This document shows positions 56,637 to 64,000 of a DNA stretch of 64,000 bases, in pieces; position 1 is the stretch's first letter, and the number at the start of each line of letters is the position of its first letter. The position numbers and the translations under genes are program-made. The notes below the pieces were generated by a model that had not been told where the DNA came from, did no database searches, and saw nothing but the letters and a program-made list of their open reading frames with translations. The DNA is taken from the NCBI GenBank assembly GCA_030141605.1, contig JAQGDQ010000130.1:124001-188000 (forward strand), in the 5' to 3' direction. The stretch comes from Tubiluchus corallicola. Taxonomy: Eukaryota; Animalia; Priapulida.

Positions 56637-56840
56637 CTTTAGGTTATAAAAGTGCAATATGTGGCTGTAAGTGACAAATCCGACTCTGATCGATGACTGT
56701 TCTTCACCGTAATCACGTGGTAGATTCTGCAGCAGTTGTCTGATGTTGCTACATAGAACATAGACCATGCCACTCTTGATACTGTTGTACGATACGTCTA
56801 TCATAAATATATACGCGGGAGGATTTGGCAACTGATTGTT
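56637..56840 (-). CDS. SEC24C: SEC24C/D exon (trunk start)
   Basis: NNQLPNPPAYIFMIDVSYNSIKSG..IRVGFVTYSHILHFYNLK|gtgtgt. Confidence 0.95.
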
Positions 56841-56980
56841 CTGAAAAAAAGGACAAATACACGTGAAAGAAACACAATTGTGAAAAACTTGTGACCTACG
56901 ATAGTGGAAACAATACTTTTGTCTGTTGCTATTTCTCTTCGACAGTTTCATATTATCTGTTTCCAGATGAAGAAACTTAC

Positions 56981-57096
56981 TTTGCAATACTCCCGGGTCG
57001 CTACAAATTCGTAAGAACCAAGATGCAACTCGGGTCTCTCCCACTTATCAGTTCGTTGTCCAGTGTGGTCCAGATGTTGGAAATATTCTTGTGGTA
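56981..57096 (-). CDS. SEC24C: SEC24C/D exon
   Basis: [39 protein letters not shown]|gtaagt. Confidence 0.95.
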
Positions 57097-57601
57097 CTAC
57101 AAGAACAAAACAACTAAATTAGAACTAGAAAGATTAAGTAATGCGGGCAATACAGCAGTGCAATGCCAGATGTCTACAATTTCTAAACTTGACAAACAAA
57201 TGCCTACAAGAATTGTCAGAATGTTTATCCAAAGTAAAGTTTTCCCCACAAAAAAGTCTTGTCAGCTAGTATGTGAAAACTGAAATAGCCACTATGAAGC
57301 AGCTTCACATACAAAAAACGAAAAAAAGATGTATTATTTGGTTGCAGAGCTGTTTATAACCATTTAGCAACATCTTGTCTTTTGCAGTCCACAACATACA
57401 ACGATATCATTTGCAACTTACAACACTATCTTGAAATAGCAGCCAACTTTAACCAATTAATTAGTGAGTCTTAAATGCAACTTATAGATATATAAATACT
57501 GAACTTGAACTGATGTGCAAAATAGATGCAGATGCTGAGGCAGCAAATGGTGTATTATGTGGCACCTACCAAGAATTATGACACCATAGACAAGAACTTA
57601 C

Positions 57602-57740
57602 CATCAGTGTGTCCATTACAGAAGCTGCATGTGAACCGACGCCCACCATCAATAAATGTCATAAACGGTGACATGTACGCCTTACAACGAACACACCGTA
57701 CTGGACCAAGATCCCCAAAATTTACTATTGGAATAGGTTT
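57602..57740 (-). CDS. SEC24C: SEC24C/D exon (zinc finger)
   Basis: [30 protein letters not shown]. Confidence 0.96.
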
Positions 57741-57933
57741 CTGAAAATACAGTATATTAACTTAATATTACGTAAAGTTACAGTTACATATATGTCATGT
57801 CGCAGTGCCTTCTAAGTTGCCTTCTAAGTGTCTTCTAAGTTCACATCCAACTCATACTATAACTTACTGTATTTAGTTTACATAGAAACAAGTTTTGAGA
57901 CATGATGTACAAACACTTAACAGACTATATTAC

Positions 57934-58061
57934 CTCATCTTTAGCTTGCTTAGCAAAAGGACATATAGAGATGGCTATAGGAACTTGCGACTGTTTGCAC
58001 ATGTCTGAAGTGCACGGAACATTGTAAACTGTCGATCGGATGAATCGAGGAGAACAATTAC
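57934..58061 (-). CDS. SEC24C: SEC24C/D exon
   Basis: [37 protein letters not shown]. Confidence 0.95.
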
Positions 58062-59019
58062 CTGTAAGAATTAAAGAAGAATATAACAACAATGTAAGGT
58101 CACAATGATATCACACCAAAGATCCAACAATTTTTTTAAGTATTTCATTTCAGCATTATAGTCCATATTAAATCTGTGAACACACATCAGGAATGTGTCA
58201 TACGTTACACATAGCATCTCGCTTATGTAAAATAACAGATAAAACAACAACAACAGCCTACATGGGCATCCATTACTTTAATAGCGGAAAACTTGGAAAA
58301 TCTTGAAATTGGAATGCTGAATCACACCATCAGAGGGTCTTTTTAACTCGTTTTAAATAGTTGTTGCACCTTTGAAACTATTTCTTGTTACAGGAGTATA
58401 TATTTTTTATGGAGACGGAAATATAAGCAAAAACCAATTTCTCTTGCATAATATTTCTGCGATTTTCCTCAAAAATCAAATGAGTCTGCTTTGAAAAACA
58501 TTCACAACATGATTCGTTGGGACTCGCAGAAAACGAAAACCATAGATATTACAGATTGAGGTAAATAAACTCTGACTCATAATTGGTTTACTACCTGACC
58601 TTTCAAATTTTCTATACGTGACAGCTTATAACTTTTGCAAAAATTGATTGGTGATGGGGGATATGAATTCTTAAAATGAAAATAATAGATGTTTGTGTTT
58701 ATTTTTGAATAAAAGCCATGTCATTGCTTAAGTTATAATTCATTTTGCAGAAATACGGCATTAAAATGTAAAAAAATGGTAATCTTTTTAATTCCGGGAT
58801 AATTTTTTTGAGTTTTCAGATGCTGTAATTCAAAAACAAGCTTTGAATGTTTCAACCCTCGATTTTTTAAACACTTTACAAAACAAAGAAATTGATGGGC
58901 AAAGAAACAGCGTAAACAAAAAACCAGGAAAAAGGAAAGTCATCTATCAATTCTCCTAAACACTTGAATTAAATTCCTGTGTTTCTGTTACATAATACAT
59001 AAAACTAACTACTGCATAC

Positions 59020-59128
59020 CTCCGTCTTGCGCAACAAAAGGTGTAGTAACTAGTGGCGGCACCTGTCCACGTTGACTGGTATTAAAAATGTCTGATCTGT
59101 TTCTCCTATCATCCTCATACACTTGTAT
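59020..59128 (-). CDS. SEC24C: SEC24C/D exon
   Basis: AAG acceptor; IQVYEDDRRNRSDIFNTSQRGQVPPLVTTPFVAQDG|gtatgc. Confidence 0.92.
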
Positions 59129-59703
59129 CTTAAATATACAATATAATAGTAATTAGTCAACTCAGCTATTCGAGTTGTAAACATTGTAAATTATCAACGA
59201 GAATTAAGTTGAGAATTTTAAAGCAATGTTTAAAGTAATTCAAGTAGGCACTTACAGCTTGTGGTTGCATTTTCATAATTGACTAATCAGATACAAAACC
59301 TATTCGATAGTCAATTATAATATAATAACAGATTATAGTGTTATTTTATGAGAAATCAGGGGAAGGCTGAAAACCACATGCTGGTGCTTATAATAAACTT
59401 TCGTGTCTAAGCAACGGCGCCAGCACACTAATTTACAGAGAGGCAAATGAAGCGTCATGATTACATGACTGTACAGCGATAACGGCCATATTTATCGTGT
59501 AATTATAATTGATTTGCATTGGCAACTGAATAAAATAATCGATGATTGGAAATAAAAGTTGAAACCGACTATACACAATTAAATCGATTAAATGGTCCCA
59601 TCACTACTTACTACAGCTGAAAAAACATGAAATTTATGCAGCAACTATTTTGAATGAAACTTTTGCCAGAATAATAACATCCACCAATTCATGAAGTGCT
59701 TAC

Positions 59704-59849
59704 AGGACTGGGCATTTGGTCAGGGTCCAAGCGTCGCTGTGGTGGCGGTGCTTGCGCAGGCTGAGGCGGAAACCCACTGGGGGACTGTCCCATAGGCGAC
59801 TGCGGACCTCTGGGTATGCTTTGCGAAACAGGCGGCATAGGCGACATAC
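59704..59849 (-). CDS. SEC24C: SEC24C/D exon (end of the Pro-rich region)
   Basis: ...PPQRRLDPDQMPSP|gtaagc, a conserved C/D motif. Confidence 0.93.
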
Positions 59850-59900
59850 CTGAAAAATTAAAATGTTAATCACTGAAATGGAACTGTCATACATATTCAT

Positions 59901-60540
59901 CAGGGATGTTACTGAAACTGAAATTACAAACCAAAATCGGACCGAAATCATTTTTGCAATACCAACTGCTATAAAGCTGAAAAAATTCTAAAATAAATAA
60001 AATACTTTGTTTTTGCTTGTTTGTTTATATGTGTTTCTGCCAAGTAGTTAGGCAAAAAAATCCTAACCAAAAAAAGTAGAACAATGTTTATGGTTAGAGA
60101 AAATGAAGTTTCAAAAAAACTGACAACTTTTATTTTGTAAATATCTTGTTGCCTATATTTCAAAAATTATCAAATTAAACATGGTTTTACTCAAATTACG
60201 CTTTGATATTTCGGTTAATTGTGCGTGGAAACCTTAAAGCTTCACAGTCGTCAGCACTGAAGATACGCCAAATTGTCGTAAAAAGCGTGCTACAAACTGA
60301 ACAAAAGGCTAAAGGGTATTTACACTTTGAATTATGTTAATTGAAATGTTTCAGCGATTTTTAACATTTAGAAGAAAAAAGTGTAAGCTGGATAAATACT
60401 ACCTAAACCTAGGAAAAATGCTACAACAAATTACGAAAAGTTTCGTCTATGAAACTTAATAATTTTTGACGAAAACGAAACAACCGAAAGTGCAGTTATC
60501 GGCAAACCAAAACGAAATTTTCCTTTCTGTAACATCCCTG
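59901..60540. mobile_element. Complete 640-bp non-autonomous hAT element
   Basis: 17-bp TIR CAGGGATGTTAC(T/A)GAAA; perfect 8-bp TSD atattcat (59893-59900, 60541-60548); subterminal (A/C)CGAAA repeats. Confidence 0.93.
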
Positions 60541-60884
60541 ATATTCATGTCAGCTAAAAAAACAAAAAAATATGCAATGTGTTATCCAGATTTTTTAGAA
60601 ATCTAGAAAACAAAAATAAGAAAAAGAAAGAAACATAAGAACACAACGTCCTGAAAGAATTTCCCCCTTCCTTTTAAAATCTATGCTAAAGCAAACTGAC
60701 TAATCTAGATGCAATTTTAGTTTGATGCAGCATTTTATATTCTGTTTCATAAAGAATTTTTTCCTAATAATTTTCAATACAATAAGCAAATGATGCTGAA
60801 CACAAAGTTAAACAAATTGCAAAAACGAGAACATTATACAACCAAACTTCTTTTAACATATAAAATTATGTTTTATTCCATTAC

Positions 60885-61001
60885 CTTTTTGACTACCGTA
60901 CGGTTGTTGGTAACCTTGTTGACCAGGAGTTGGTGGCTGCTGACCGCCATATTGACTGCTTGGTGGCATAGGTCCACTCAATCCATAACCAGGCTGAGGA
61001 G
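60885..61001 (-). CDS. SEC24C: SEC24C/D Pro/Gln-rich exon (117 nt, phase 1-1)
   Basis: APQPGYGLSGPMPPSSQYGGQQPP..SQK|gtaatg. Confidence 0.85.
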
Positions 61002-61847
61002 CTGACACAAAACAATTAATAGCATCTAATTTTCGGATGTCCAAACCTTACCACAACTGATTAACATCACACAGATGAGTAGCTAGTATGCCTTTATTTA
61101 GGAAGTAAATGCTAAAAAATTCCTTCAAAAACACTTATTTTTCAAAAGAAAAGGTTACACATTTCTGAACAAGTAATTCTCTTTAATTTTGCAGCATTAT
61201 GTTGCTTAGCTTTGATAAACAAATCGTGATGTAGAGCATTATCAGAACACATATTCAGTCACTTATACAGGTATGCATAATATGGGTGAGATTAAGAAGT
61301 AATATGTCAGCCTCTGTTAATACACCTAGATCACAGCAAGTTTCGTAATATAAGATATAAAATAAAAAGTATCCTTAAGTACCAAAAAACTTATTTTTGT
61401 CTGTACGATAAACATTACTTCAAAAAGTTATTAGAAATGCATTATTTCAAAAAGTTATTGGCAATGTAGCGTAAACAGTGTCTTCAAATACTGCAGAGTA
61501 GTTTTTGATTCAGAATATTTGTTGGCAGTACTATACATGGAATGAATACCTTGATCGTCACCCCACACCTGGATCTGCCATATCCCACTTCTACACAGGA
61601 TTTTAATATAGGTTGCACCAGTAAAAGTTTTAAGAAATTTTCAACCATAAAAACTTATATTAATGAACAGGTTAACCATATCTCGAATTGTTTATTAACC
61701 ACCTTCTGCAGTACTTTTATGATTATTTCCTTTGTACCTTCACAACAAATCCACCTGTACTTCAATATAGTAGTTTGGACTCATCTTGAAACCACATTAT
61801 GTTCACTGCTTTAACATAAGTAAATTAATATAAAAATAAGAAATTAC

Positions 61848-62487
61848 CTGAAATTGGTGCATTAGACATCATTGTAGGTGTGGTTGACCCAGGCATGCTC
61901 ATTGTATGCTGAGGACCCATTGATACAGGCGCCTGATTCAACCCTTGTTGGTGTCCCGGAACACCCTGCTGTGCAGGAGAGCTAACTAGGGGTGCCCCTG
62001 GATACTGCTGGGGCGGCTGGGAACCATAACCAGACGCAGGCACTTGTGACGTTGGTGGTTGGCCGTACTGTGGAGCTCCCGGATATTGAGAACTAGTGGG
62101 AGGGCGTGGCTGATAATGGGACTGTTGTGGAAGAGGTGGGGCACCATACTGTGACACAGATGGTGACCCGTGATGTTGCGAAGTGGGAGGTTGTGCCGGA
62201 AACTGCGAAGAGGGAGGTGCACCAGGTTGTTGGTATTGTGAGCCAGGGGGTGGAGCAGGTTGATAGGATGGGCGCTGGGGAGAACCGTACTGTGAAGGAA
62301 GAGAAGGTCGTAGTGGAGGCGCTGCACCTGAACCATACTGTGATCCAGTAAAGGGGGTCTGCTGTTGCTGCTGTTGTGGAATGCCATACGCAGGCATGGG
62401 TGGCACTCCAGAAGGCGGCTGATGTCTAGCTGCATCGTACGGCTGCAAATTAGCCTGAGCACTATACTGACTTGATGGAGGACCACT
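61848..62487 (-). CDS. SEC24C: SEC24C/D large Pro/Gln/Ser-rich exon
   Basis: tttttag|SGPPSSQYSAQANLQPY...NAPIS|gtaatt; repeated PPxSQY motifs. Confidence 0.9.
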
Positions 62488-62864
62488 CTAAAAAAGACGT
62501 TCTGTAAGACACTGATATTTATATGGAAAATCCTTGTTCATGAAATGCAGGTTCGCATTGAAAATATTAACATTAAACACTTTTCAGTTTTGGGCATTCT
62601 CATTCATAATGTACTCACATTCCCATATACATAGCGTTTTTAATATTATAGCTGTGAGCTTAAAAGTTGTTATCATTAAGAGTAAATAAACTAAACATAT
62701 TAAATAAATTACAGACATCGCAGTATAACAGCTATAATACATATAGATATGTGCAGTGCACCAAGCCTTGCCAATATTACTTCAATTAACTAAACTCTGT
62801 AACTTATATTACACTTTATTTGAAGGAGCAACACAATATAATAAGTTGTACGTGTGCTACATAC

Positions 62865-62918
62865 CATCTGATATGAATTTTGAGCACTGAGAGACATGCT
62901 TCCCATTTGATCAGCAAT
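62865..62918 (-). CDS. SEC24C: SEC24C/D 54-nt exon (phase 0-0)
   Basis: tttgcag|IADQMGSMSLSAQNSYQM|gtatgt. Confidence 0.75.
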
Positions 62919-63750
62919 CTGCAAACAAGAAAAAGACATTAGAAAAGCAAAGAAGCAAAGAAGAAAGCAAAGAGAAGCAAAAAAGTAAACCATCATATGA
63001 AAAGCAAAAAATTAAAAATAAACAATCTGCAAAGACTTAAGCACAACATAAATAAAATTAATGATAAAGAACTGGAATAATTAATAATGAAATCCAACTC
63101 TGTCTAGGTAAAGTTTTTATGTAAATATATGGTGGTTCCACTTGTTTATCATGTAGCCGTCATTCTTACGACACACATCAGCTTAAGGCTTTGTCATTTT
63201 AAGCGGACTGGGATAGAGCGTCACAAGTTGTACTAAACCCTTTCTGGAGAGATTGATGGAGCTGAATTTTCACACTAATTCCAAAATAACGCCGATGACA
63301 CCACATTCGTACAACCATAAAGCATTTTGAATCTGATTATACAGAAGTTTTACCGATACTAGAGCTGCATATTCTGTATTCACTTATAGAGTCGGATTTT
63401 TGACGTGACGTCTAAATGATGCCGCATTTAAGAAGCTTGAAGCTCTGGCATTTTAAACAGGATTGGATGATGACACAACACGGTTATTTTGGATTAAATG
63501 GTTTAACAAATTCGAAAACAGTGACAGCAATGTCACTGTTAAGAAATGTCGTTCTTGGCGAAATGCAGCAGTATCTCCATGCCAAAGTCTCCTCAGTTGA
63601 ATATGTTATCAATTATTATTAGCTACTTTGCCATATGAGTATTTTTTCACACAGACTCAATGATTGTTCGTATTCAGTTGTAATAAATAAAACAAACTTG
63701 AAGCTTGAAACTACATTACATCATAATTGCATTGCATTTAATTCCCAAAC

Positions 63751-63914
63751 CTGTTGTGTAGATGATGATGGAGGAGGTCCTTGCTGAACCATTGCACCAG
63801 CTGGTGAAGTTGCATACTGGGGTGGTGTTGGACCAGGTGCTGAAAATCCATTCTGTGTTGGTTGGTTAAAACCCTGTTTAGACTGACTGCCATAATCACC
63901 ATAAGCTGTCCCAG
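63751..63914 (-). CDS. SEC24C: SEC24C/D most 5' exon visible (gene start lies beyond the window)
   Basis: tttcag|AGTAYGDYGSQSKQGFNQP...STQQ|gtttgg. Confidence 0.8.
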
Positions 63915-64000
63915 CTGAAAGAAAAAACATACACGGATGAGAATGACAAATTGCAAAAAACTCTGAAACAGGCCGTGGGTTTGGGGGCCGCGTAGGCCCC

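Noticed and set aside
61986-62486. Overlapping 166-aa alternative-frame ORF and antisense ORFs over SEC24 exons
   Set aside because: Expected by-product of Pro/Gln-rich codon use; no independent support.

Overview
AT-rich, intron-containing animal (invertebrate-type) genomic DNA, not prokaryotic; the species cannot be determined from the sequence. Two conserved genes lie head-to-tail on the minus strand. A SEC24C/D-type COPII cargo adaptor has 18 coding exons traced by hand from 63914 to the stop at 47456, all phases consistent, with its 5' end outside the window. A MARCH1/MARCH8-type RING-CH membrane E3 ligase has coding exons at 30623-30300 and 28895-28476, with a probable promoter near 44.9 kb. 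Bases 1-24 kb are repeat-rich: two damaged copies of an unrecognised ORF, tRNA-derived SINE-like elements, LINE remnants, MITEs and microsatellites. Most notable are (1) a tandem array that repeats a SEC24 exon end plus its splice donor six times, (2) three local duplications with templated junctions, (3) a probably regulated 54-nt SEC24 exon, and (4) nuclear-receptor consensus elements upstream of the MARCH coding exons. I found no convincing new multi-gene system. All coordinates and alignments were done by eye.
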